A DNA stretch of 64,000 nucleotides from Candidatus Bathyarchaeota archaeon (GTDB taxonomy: Archaea; Thermoproteota; Bathyarchaeia; Bathyarchaeales; Bathyarchaeaceae), in NCBI GenBank assembly GCA_963772765.1, contig CAVYYP010000004.1, positions 4,558-68,557 on the forward strand, written 5' to 3'. Positions 9,469 through 17,952 of this stretch are shown piece by piece. The translations under genes were made by a program, and so were the position numbers. The notes under the pieces were generated by a model. The model was not told where the DNA came from. It was given only the letters and a program-made list of their open reading frames with translations, and made no database searches. Each line of letters opens with the position of its first letter. The stretch's first letter is position 1.

Positions 9469-10690
9469 TTGTCATTTTCAATTAATGTAGTTATTGTTGG
9501 TAATGGCGTTGCGGGCGTGACATTTGCTAGGACAATAAAGGAGAAAAATCCAAACACAAAGGTTTCGATTTACACAGACGAGAACATCAATTATTATCCT
9601 CGTCCCAGATTGTATGAAATTTTGTCAGGCAAATCAGACCCAGAAGACATTGTTGTGTTCTCAGAGGAATGGTACAAAAAAACAGGGAATCACCGTTCAT
9701 CTAGACAAGAAAGCAGTAAGGATTGATACAGAACAAAAGAAACTGATATTAGATGACAAAACAGAGGTCAGCTACGATAAGCTAGTTTTAGCAAATGGCG
9801 CATACTGTTTTGTTCCACCAACAAAGGGTTCAGAAAAAAAAGGAACTTTCACCCTGCGCAACATCAAAGACGCCATAACGATAAGAGAATATGCAAAAAA
9901 CACAAAGAAAGTCATCATTATAGGCGGCGGACTTCTTGGCTTAGAATTTGCGTTCTCTCTAAGAAAACTTGGACAACAAGTAACAGTTATAGAACTTTCT
10001 CAGAGGCTGCTACCCAGACAGCTGGACAGTGATGGAGCAACAATCTTAAAAGAGCGAATTGAAGCCCTTGACATAAACATTGTTTTAGGAGCCAAAACCT
10101 CCGAAATACTAGGAAAAGAAAACGTTTCAGGAATCTTGCTTGAGAGCGGCAAAACAATCCAAGGAGACCTTGTTTTGATATCTGCAGGAATACGCTGCAA
10201 TATTGAATTAGCAAACAAGTCAGGAATAAACGTCAACAGGGGAGTAATTGTCGATAATCACCTGAAAACCAGTGCCGACAACATATACGCTATTGGAGAC
10301 ATAGCAGAATTCAACGGAACAGTATACGGAATAATTCCAGCTGCTGTAGAGCAGGCAAAAGATGCAGCCGAAAACATACTAACAGACAAAATAAGCTACA
10401 AAGGCACAGTTCCAACTAACACACTAAAAGTCATGGGAATAGACCTCACATCCGTTGGACTCGTAAACCCAGAAGACACAAAATATGAAGAAATCAAAGA
10501 AACAGACAAGAGAAAGGGCATCTACAAAAAACTGGTTCTAAACAAAGGAAAAATTGTAGGCGCAATAATTCTGGGAGAAACAAAACCAGTGCATTCAATA
10601 AAGCGGCTTATTGCTCAAGAAACAGACATAACCAAATACAAAAACTCTATCCTGAAAGACGATTTTGACTACAAAAGAATAACTGCTTAA
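9469..10690 (+). CDS. NAD(P)/FAD-dependent pyridine-nucleotide-disulfide oxidoreductase, split by a 1-nt frameshift as assembled
   Basis: The N-terminal VVIVGNGVAGV (FAD GxGxxG) is in ORF 9469-9726. IIIGGGLLGLEF (NAD GxGxxG) and AIGDIAEF are in ORF 9614-10690. The frames join at the A7 run 9676-9682. Confidence 0.75.
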
Positions 10691-10766
10691 CGTGACATCG
10701 CCATCCCACATGAAAGCTCATCCCGTCACGCCAATGCAGCTACATTTGCAAAAAATGGGCTAAATT

Positions 10767-11721
10767 CTAAGTTTCTTCAGCGTCCTCGACGCCTTTTTCT
10801 GTGATTTTGAAGCGTACATTTTTCTTCGGGCAGGTAAGGTGAATCGATAATGGTGGCTATTCGGGTTCCTTTTCCGCCTTTTCTGAGGTAAACTCGGTGT
10901 GTGGATGCGTGTGCCATGACGTTTCCGCCTGCTGGCTTGTTTGGGTCTCCGAAGAATGCTGTTGGATTAGCCTGAACTTGGTTGGTTATGACGACTGATA
11001 TGTTGTATGCTTCTGTTAGTCTTAGGAGTTTGTGGAGTTGGCTGTTTAGTTTTTGTTGTCGTTCTGAGAGGTTTTCTCTTCCGATATATTCGCCTCTGAA
11101 GTGTCCTATCATTGAGTCTACTACTATGAGTTTGACGTTGTTTTCTGGGCAGAATTTGAAGAGGTGCTCTGTTAGGAGTTCTTGGTGGCTGCTGTTATAT
11201 GCTCGGGCTAGGAAAATGTTTTCTAGGGTGTCGTGTGGGTCAAGTCCAAGTGATTCTGCGATTTGGAAGACGCGTTCGGGTATAAATGTTCCTTCTGTGT
11301 CTATGTAGACAACTTTTCCGCTTAATCCGCCCTGTTCTTCTGGAAGCTGGACTCTGACACAGAGTGAGAGGCATATCTGGGTTTTACCTACTCCGTATTC
11401 GCCTATGAGTTCGGTCATGGCTTGGGTTTCGATTCCGCCGCCCATGAGTGCGTTCAGGTTTTCTGAGCCCGTGGTGCATCTTAGCATGTCTTGGCGTTTT
11501 TTCCACAGGTCTTCTGCGGTCATGAAGTCTATTCCGAGTTTTTCTCTTGCGGCTGAGACAATGTTCAGGACGGTGTTAAAGCCGATTCCTGTTTTTTCGG
11601 CTATTTCTTTTGGAGGTGTTACCGAGAGGGTTTCGGCTGTTGTGAAGCCCGAATTTTTCAGCTTGGTTGCTGTGGCGGGTCCAACGCCGGGAAGGTTTTT
11701 TAGATCATATTCTTCTGACAC
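10767..11721 (-). CDS. radA: DNA repair and recombination protein RadA (3' end read through a 1-nt frameshift)
   Basis: HhH LPGVGPATATKL, Walker A GEYGVGKTQ and Walker B LIVVDS are present. The canonical C-terminus KNVRFKITEKGVEDAEET* sits in another frame after about 10825. Confidence 0.9.
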
Positions 11722-11901
11722 AAATTTTCACCATTGTCAACTTTTCGTTACTTGTTTGGTTACGAGTTCTTGTTGAGCGGTTTTAAGGCATGTGCCGCAA
11801 CGTATCTTTGCATAGAGGGGAGAGGTAGATGAAAGTAATCAACATCGAGAATGTGGAGAACAAAAGAAAGCGCTATTTAGCTGCAAAAGTTCACATGTTC
11901 A

Positions 11902-12005
11902 TGCTTCATATTTTGAGCTTATTAGGAGCCTAATAGCAGTACATTGTTGAAAAATAGTCTTTTTCAGAAAACTGCAGCGCAGCACACTTTCAAAAAAATG
12001 TTCGC
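11902..12005. repeat. MITE-like intergenic repeat, copy A (contains palindrome TATTAGGAGCCTAATA)
   Basis: Aligns over about 105 nt with 33957-34061. Its right 35 nt recur at 58877-58911. Confidence 0.7.
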
Positions 12006-12056
12006 AAGACAATATTATAACAGTGAAATCTGCCTGAAAAACAATAAAAAAGAGGG

Positions 12057-12206
12057 CTATTCGCGTTTTGCCCAGAGTTCTTTCTTTAGCATATCTCTTA
12101 CTGCGGCTCGGATAGCGGCGCTTCTGCTTGGATACATTCCTGATCGCACAAGCTCATCAAGCCCAGTCAAGTAGGCTTCTGGAAGAAGAACAGTTACTAG
12201 CTTCAT
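12057..12206 (-). CDS. Ribbon-helix-helix (CopG family) small DNA-binding protein, 49 aa
   Basis: Hand translation gives MKLVTVLLPEAYLTGLDELVRSGMYPSRSAAIRAAVRDMLKKELWAKRE*, a typical RHH strand-helix-helix. It is below the ORF-track size cut-off. Confidence 0.6.
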   Translation of the reverse strand: MKLVTVLLPEAYLTGLDELVRSGMYPSRSAAIRAAVRDMLKKELWAKRE

Positions 12207-12328
12207 TTATGAATCAACCTTCTGCACCTGCATGTTATAACCCAAATATGCAGCAATACCCTTAATAGAGTTTCCTTGTCGATTCTACTACAAATTTTAG
12301 GTTTGTCACATTTCAGATAACAGATGTA

Positions 12329-12448
12329 TTAGTTTTTGCTGTCCTGCGGTCTTTGGCGATAGCGCATCAGAACCACAAACGAGCCGAGTAATATGAGCAC
12401 TGCCAACAGGATAGTTGTTGAGCTGAATTCTGGAATCATTATTAACAT
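12329..12448 (-). other. Orphan mini-ORF encoding only a PEF-CTERM-like sorting signal (39 aa)
   Basis: MLIMIPEFSSTTILLAVLILLGSFVVLMRYRQRPQDSKN* has PEF, a TM helix and a basic cluster, with no upstream cargo domain. Confidence 0.35.
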
Positions 12449-12540
12449 TAACTGAAAACTACTATAGAAAATATAATCCAAAAATCTAGAACATCATCCA
12501 AAAGGCAAAAACAGGGCAAAACAGAAAAAAGCAGCCATTG

Positions 12541-13375
12541 TCAGGCTTTTTCATCTTTTATGCTGCGGATAATCGTTGGCGTCGTAATGTCTATTCCATG
12601 CTTTTTACAGGCATCTAAAACTGCATGTTTTATGTTTGCATCTATCTGCGGCAGACGCTTTATGTCATTAACAAAAACGTACAATGAGTATTCGGCAGCA
12701 AAGTTTCCAAAATCTGTAATCCAAACATACGGCTTTGGCTCATTCAAAACATCTTTTTGCTGAATCATCTTGTTTGCCGCTTCCAGCATCGCAGCTTCTA
12801 CATGTTCTGCAGGAACTTCATAACTTTCAGTTATAGAGCACCTTCTCCGGACAGTAGACTTTTTTCCATAGTTATCTATCTCTGCCTTCAACAGTTCTTG
12901 ATTGGGAATAGAAACCAGAACATTGTCCAGAGTCCGCATTTTAGTGTAGATGAGTTCGATGGCTTCAACATCCGCAAACTTGTCCATTAAAAAATATGCG
13001 GTCTCCAACCTTGAAGGGGCGGCTGGTCATAACAATCAAGCCAGCAATGGTGTTTCCAAGAGTGTTGATTGCGGCAAAACCGATTATAGTTCCGCCAAGA
13101 ACAGTTAGCAGCCCAGAAACTTCGCCCAAAGTTATTCCAAACTGCGCCAAAATAATAGAGAACACTGCCACAAAAATGAGCCACTTAAACAGTCGATTCA
13201 ACGTGTAGGCGGCATGCTGCTCTAGCCTGTTTTGTCCTCTAAGAGACCTTATTTCGCGGGCAACAAGCTTGATGATAATGTAACCAACAACAATAGTTAG
13301 AACAGAGAACACGACATTGTCAAGATTCTCTAGAGCCCACTGACCAAGGGTGTTAAGAAAGTCTAATGGATTCAC
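12541..13375 (-). CDS. MscS-family mechanosensitive channel, split by a 1-nt frameshift as assembled
   Basis: The TM3/pore part ...GNTIAGLIVMTSRPFKVGDRI is in ORF 12965-13375. The beta-domain ...VEAIELIYTKMRTLDNVLVSIPNQELL is in ORF 12541-13008. The frames join at the A6 run 12989-12994. Confidence 0.75.
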
Positions 13376-13482
13376 TCTAAAGAAGCCCCCCGCTTTGAAA
13401 ATACGTTAGACTACAATGTTTAAAAGCATTGTCACAACGCATAATCAATATACAGAAAACAAGACTGATAGGTGAACAAAAA

Positions 13483-14442
13483 ATGATGGTCTACAGCATA
13501 CCCCTGCTGGCAATATCATTACTGCTCATCATGCTAATCAGCGACCGAATCATACGATACGTCCTAATCATATCCAGAGCCATCGGACTATCTGAAATGG
13601 CTGCAGGCTTCATCCTCCTTTCTATTATCACTTCGCTCCCAGAACTTTCAGTATCCATAGTCGCATCTCTCGGCGGCGAAGGCGGACTCTCCGTAGGAAA
13701 CGTCCTAGGCTCAAACGTAGCCAATCTAACCATAGTCCTCGGACTAGCAATACTACTCGCAAGAAAAACAATCACACTAAAAGGACAATCAAACAAAGAA
13801 CTCGTACAATTCCTGTTCATCTCATCAATAATACCCCTGTTCATAGTCCAACGAGGCAGTTTAGGTCCAGTCCTTGGAATCGTGCTACTGATACTATTCG
13901 CATATTTCGGGGTCACAATCTCACGAAAAACAGAAAATACAGCACCCACAAATGAAACCCCAACACCAAACAAAAAAGAAAACTTTGCAGCAGTAAGCAT
14001 CAAATTCATTGCAGGCGTTGCGCTGATAATTCTATTTTCCAAGTTTGCCGTTGACAGCTCGGTAGAAATTGCAGACGCTATAGGATTGCCTTCATCAATA
14101 ATCGGCGCAACAATCATCGGACTGGGAACATCATTGCCCGAACTGGCAACAACCATCCAAGCCCTAAAACAGGGACTGGTCAGCATGGCTCTCGGAAACC
14201 TGCTTGGAAGCTGCATCACAAACATCACCCTCATCCTCGGAGTATCCTCACTGCTCTCATTCTCTGAAGTCAACATAGTAGCAGTGCAAAGCATAATGTT
14301 CTACGTGCTAGTTTCATCACTAAGCGTCTGGTACATGGTAGGAGCCGCAGAACGGCTAACCAAAAAATCAGCCATATTCCTGTGCATGATATACGTCGTC
14401 TTTATCCTGCAGCAAGTAGGAGTGTCAGTACTCATCTTCTAA
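13483..14442 (+). CDS. Na+/Ca2+ exchanger (CaCA / YrbG-like) membrane protein
   Basis: Two alpha-repeat motifs: SLPELSVSIVA...GNVLGSNVANL and GTSLPELATTI...GNLLGSCITNI. The likely start is MMVYSIPLL. Confidence 0.8.
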   Translation: MMVYSIPLLAISLLLIMLISDRIIRYVLIISRAIGLSEMAAGFILLSIITSLPELSVSIVASLGGEGGLSVGNVLGSNVANLTIVLGLAILLARKTITLKGQSNKELVQFLFISSIIPLFIVQRGSLGPVLGIVLLILFAYFGVTISRKTENTAPTNETPTPNKKENFAAVSIKFIAGVALIILFSKFAVDSSVEIADAIGLPSSIIGATIIGLGTSLPELATTIQALKQGLVSMALGNLLGSCITNITLILGVSSLLSFSEVNIVAVQSIMFYVLVSSLSVWYMVGAAERLTKKSAIFLCMIYVVFILQQVGVSVLIF

Positions 14443-14501
14443 ATCCAACGTCAGAAAAATTAAAAGATACACTAACATCTTACAATACGCTGAGAAACAA
14501 A

Positions 14502-15344
14502 ATGCTAGCAACCTTCCAAGGCATAATACAGAACCCGGTCCTAATTCTGCAAATAGTCGCAACCATACTAGGCGCATTTCTAGTCGTCAGCATCTTCAAC
14601 ATCCTAATCAACAGACTAGAAAAAAGAGGCGACCTACAGAAAGACAAACTAGTCTACATGAAAAGATTCTTTCAAATAATCATCTACCTCGTCGCCCTCA
14701 TGCTAATTCTTGGATTATTAAACCAAGACATAACCGCAGCAATTGCAGGCCTTGGAATAGGCGCACTCGTAATCGGCTTTGGCCTTCAAGATATAATCGA
14801 AAACTGGGTCTCAGGCGTACTACTGATCTCGGGCAAAATCTATTCTATCGGCGACGTCATCAAAGTCGGCGACCTAACAGGCACAGTCACTGACATCGCA
14901 CTTAGAACAACCAAACTAAAAACCTACGACAGAAACGAGATAATCATCCCAAACTCTTTGCTCATGAAAGAAAAAATAATCAACCTTACAGGCGGCACAC
15001 ATGAATCAGTGGCAGCAATAACATTCTCCGTAGACTACACAATAGATACAGAAAAAGTCAAATCCATAATAGAAACCATCCTCAAAAGCCACAAATCAGT
15101 TATTGTGAGCCAAAAAAAGAAAAGAGAAATAAGATTCATTTTCCGAAACAGCGAATGGACAAACAACATCGAAACCCTGTTTTGGATAAACGACCCATCA
15201 AATGAAGAGTTCATCAAATCCAATATTTCGGAACTGGTCCAAGAAGAATTCAAGAAAGAAAAGATCTTGCCGCCTATTCCTTCTCTGCTGAGAAAAGATT
15301 ACATGGTACAGCAAAAAGCATCTAAAGAACAGGAATCAGGATAA
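14502..15344 (+). CDS. MscS-family mechanosensitive channel
   Basis: GFGLQDIIENWVSGVLLISGKIYSIGDVIKVGDLTGTVTDIALRTTKLKTYDRNEIIIPNS. The likely start is MLATFQG. Confidence 0.8.
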   Translation: MLATFQGIIQNPVLILQIVATILGAFLVVSIFNILINRLEKRGDLQKDKLVYMKRFFQIIIYLVALMLILGLLNQDITAAIAGLGIGALVIGFGLQDIIENWVSGVLLISGKIYSIGDVIKVGDLTGTVTDIALRTTKLKTYDRNEIIIPNSLLMKEKIINLTGGTHESVAAITFSVDYTIDTEKVKSIIETILKSHKSVIVSQKKKREIRFIFRNSEWTNNIETLFWINDPSNEEFIKSNISELVQEEFKKEKILPPIPSLLRKDYMVQQKASKEQESG

Positions 15345-15354
15345 AGCCTAGAGG

Positions 15355-15465
15355 CTATGTCCTTGATGTACGGTTATAGTGGCAGCTTGGACACGAAAAG
15401 AAGACTTGTTTTTTGCCTTTCAGTTTTCTGGTAACCATTTCGGTTTCGCATCTTGGACATTTCAT
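15355..15465 (-). CDS. Small zinc-ribbon protein, 36 aa (tentative)
   Basis: Hand translation gives MKCPRCETEMVTRKLKGKKQVFFSCPSCHYNRTSRT*, with CPxC...CPxC. Confidence 0.3.
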   Translation of the reverse strand: MKCPRCETEMVTRKLKGKKQVFFSCPSCHYNRTSRT

Positions 15466-15694
15466 ATCAATGCAATCCTCAGATCAACAATTTATGTTTT
15501 CTCTAAGCAATCCATCTTTGAACATAGACGTGGAATATATTTGTTTCACCCTGCCAACGGAGAGAGACGTGAAAGCACAACAATAACATGATTTAATCCA
15601 AATATAGTATAAATGGTTGAAAACAAATCAACAACAAAAAATGAACAATAGATTTTTTTCAAATCGATAATATGACATAAAAAAGAGCCTTAAG

Positions 15695-15859
15695 TACAAA
15701 AGCTTATATTTTGAACGCCTAGAACATATTATTTTGTTGATGAGTACTGGTTGTTTCAAGCTACTAGAATTAGCTCATTACACAGTAATAACTTGGTTTA
15801 AGGGGGAAATCAAGAATTTCACATCAAGCACACTACAAAAAACGTGCCAGCTTAAATAA
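15695..15859 (+). promoter_or_regulatory. Conserved TATA-plus-leader module, copy c1, with possible leaderless sORF 15740-15859 (MSTGCFKLLELAHYTVITWFKGEIKNFTSSTLQKTCQLK*)
   Basis: TTATATTTT lies at 15704-15712. The 5' block GTTGATGAGTACTGGTTGTTTC is nearly identical in c2 (37532) and c3 (48530, minus strand). Confidence 0.55.
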
Positions 15860-16315
15860 TCGTCAAGTATTTTCTATGGCTACCCCAAACCTTAGCAATA
15901 ACTGTAGTTAGGCTTCGAGTTGGATACACAAGAAGAAGGGACTGAAAAGGCTCACTCAACCGATGAAACGTAATCCTAACTGTAGTTTTAGGAAATGTTT
16001 CATTCGCTCATCAACAACTGTTGGGTAAGAGCCTCAGTAAACCCTTCATTCTCAGCGTTAATGAATTTATGGTAATACAGAAGCATGCGTTAAAAAAATT
16101 TGTTACAAAAACCATAACAATAAAGATTAGACTAACAACAGCAAACAGGATTTTGGACTGGACATCATTCTTATAAGCGCCCGTCAGAATGTAAATACCA
16201 GTGCTTTAGTTAAATCGGTCACATAGTATGCGTAAGATCTGCATTTATACCGCTAAAAAGCATACCAAAAAATGACTGATATAAGCAACTTTGCAAAAAA
16301 TCAGGTTGAGTAAAC

Positions 16316-16825
16316 GTGAACTCTGTAGCTGAAGAAGTGAGAATTAGATTACCCAAGATATTAGCTAACCTAGTTATTGCTCTGATCTTCTTCGGAATGA
16401 GCTACATAATTGTATGGACCTTGAGCACGGTTAGCACAGAAATTGTCTATATACTTCAGATAGGCTTTCTGATCGCTGCCGGAATTTTTTTGGTTCGAAC
16501 GCTATTGGATGTTCTGGTCATAATTGATAGGGCAACAAAACTGTTTTTGAGACGGCTTGGCATACAAGAGGGATGGTCTAGACAACGGGTATTCAAGGAC
16601 ACAATCTACATAGTTGCCATCCTTTTAGTGGCTGCCGCAACAATTCCACTCTTTAGCAGAATGCCAGCGTATGAACCGTTATTTCAGCAAATTATGACAT
16701 ATTCAGCTTTTGGATTGATTCTAGTTTTCGTGTATGACATAGCAAGAACATTCTATAGATTTACAGAAAAAGAGGCAAACTTGGTTGCAGACCGAATTTC
16801 GCACTCTAAACGAGTCAGAGGATAA
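16316..16825 (+). CDS. Hypothetical integral membrane protein (about 4 TM helices)
   Basis: GTG start and hydrophobic helices. It lies 5 nt upstream of the KamA-like gene, suggesting an operon. Confidence 0.5.
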   Translation: MNSVAEEVRIRLPKILANLVIALIFFGMSYIIVWTLSTVSTEIVYILQIGFLIAAGIFLVRTLLDVLVIIDRATKLFLRRLGIQEGWSRQRVFKDTIYIVAILLVAAATIPLFSRMPAYEPLFQQIMTYSAFGLILVFVYDIARTFYRFTEKEANLVADRISHSKRVRG

Positions 16826-16830
16826 TATAA

Positions 16831-17952
16831 ATGGAAAATAGTATCTGCACAGTTGAACAACTCAAAAAAATTACAGACCTGTCTCCTAAGGAAGAAAAGA
16901 AACTAAAACAGATTATCAAGAAACATCCGATGCGTGTTACCCCATATTACATGTCTTTGATAGACTGGACTAACCCGTCAGACCCAATCAAAAAGATGTC
17001 TATACCATCAATGAAAGAGTTTGACCTTAAAGGATCATATGACACAAGCGGAGAATCCGAAAACACCAAAATGCCTGGGCTTCAACACAAATATTCAGAA
17101 ACAGCACTGATTTTGGCTACGAACAAGTGCGCGATGTACTGTAGGCATTGCTTCAGAAAAAGACTTGTTGGATTGCAAACTAAAGAGGTAGTAGAGCGCT
17201 TCGAGGACGCTGCAAAATACATTAAACAACATGAGCACATCAACAATGTTCTGATCACTGGCGGCGACCCTCTTGTTCTTCCCAACAAGGTTGTTGAAAA
17301 GTTTCTTTCAATATTGTCAGAAAATCCTAAAATAAAGTTCATAAGATTTGGCAGCAGAGCCCCAGTAACTTGGCCTTCACGTTTCGAAGACAAGGAGCTC
17401 TTAAGAATTTTCGCCAAGTATTCGCGTCCAGACAGACGAATATATGTTGTCACACAGTTTAACCATCCAAAAGAAATAACAAGGCAGACAATCAAGGCTG
17501 TAGATAATTTGCTAAAGGCAGGAGTTATTGTAAACAACCAAGCAGTCCTGCTAAAAGGCGTAAACGATGACCCACATGTATTGGCAAAGCTTTTGAACAA
17601 TCTGGTTAGCATTGGCGTTAATCCGTACTATGTTTTCCAGTGCCGACCAGTTAAGAGGGTGAAAAGCAATTTTCAGGTGCCCCTCTGTAAAGCCACAGAA
17701 ATTGTTGAAGAAGCAAAGGCTCACTGCAACGGTCACAGTAAACGGTTCAGGTTTATTATGTCTCACAAAACAGGCAAAATAGAAATTCTGGGAATACAGG
17801 ATGACGAAATTTACTTCAAATATCATCAGGCAAAAAACAGAAAGAAAATCGGAAAGATATTCACAAGACCAGTTGACAAAAACGCTGGTTGGCTAGAGGA
17901 TTTCAAATCCAGTCCAGTTCAGCTTCTTGATGCTTCTCCCTATTTGTTGTAG
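16831..17952 (+). CDS. KamA-family radical SAM aminomutase (lysine 2,3-aminomutase-like)
   Basis: CAMYCRHCFRKR (CxxxCxxC), VLITGGDPL, NNQAVLLKGVND and PYYVFQCRP are KamA family blocks. Confidence 0.8.
   Translation: MENSICTVEQLKKITDLSPKEEKKLKQIIKKHPMRVTPYYMSLIDWTNPSDPIKKMSIPSMKEFDLKGSYDTSGESENTKMPGLQHKYSETALILATNKCAMYCRHCFRKRLVGLQTKEVVERFEDAAKYIKQHEHINNVLITGGDPLVLPNKVVEKFLSILSENPKIKFIRFGSRAPVTWPSRFEDKELLRIFAKYSRPDRRIYVVTQFNHPKEITRQTIKAVDNLLKAGVIVNNQAVLLKGVNDDPHVLAKLLNNLVSIGVNPYYVFQCRPVKRVKSNFQVPLCKATEIVEEAKAHCNGHSKRFRFIMSHKTGKIEILGIQDDEIYFKYHQAKNRKKIGKIFTRPVDKNAGWLEDFKSSPVQLLDASPYLL

Noticed and set aside
13491-14294. 267-aa ORF antisense to the CaCA exchanger gene (and similarly 35094-35690 antisense to the CPA2 antiporter).
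   Set aside because: These are shadow ORFs opposite well-supported membrane-protein genes, with S/P/R-rich nonsense composition.
15736-15747. GUUGAUGAGUAC at the start of the three leader modules looked like a hammerhead core (CUGAUGA) or a C box (RUGAUGA) of a C/D box sRNA.
   Set aside because: The hammerhead needs CUGAnGA plus GAAA and a cleavage-site helix in defined spacing, and none is present. For a C/D sRNA there are no D'/C'/D boxes (CUGA/UGAUGA/CUGA) at ~12-nt guide spacing in any of the three copies. In c1 the motif pairs as a regular helix instead.
15736-16016. The ~280-nt region closed by the GUUGAUGAG/CUCAUCAAC helix could be SRP RNA or RNase P RNA.
   Set aside because: I could not find the universally conserved SRP helix-8 motif (GGAA/AGCA-type loops) or the RNase P P4/CR motifs (GAAAGUCC, ACAGNRA). 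The sequence is AT-rich, unlike those RNAs. It is left as an unknown leader or RNA.
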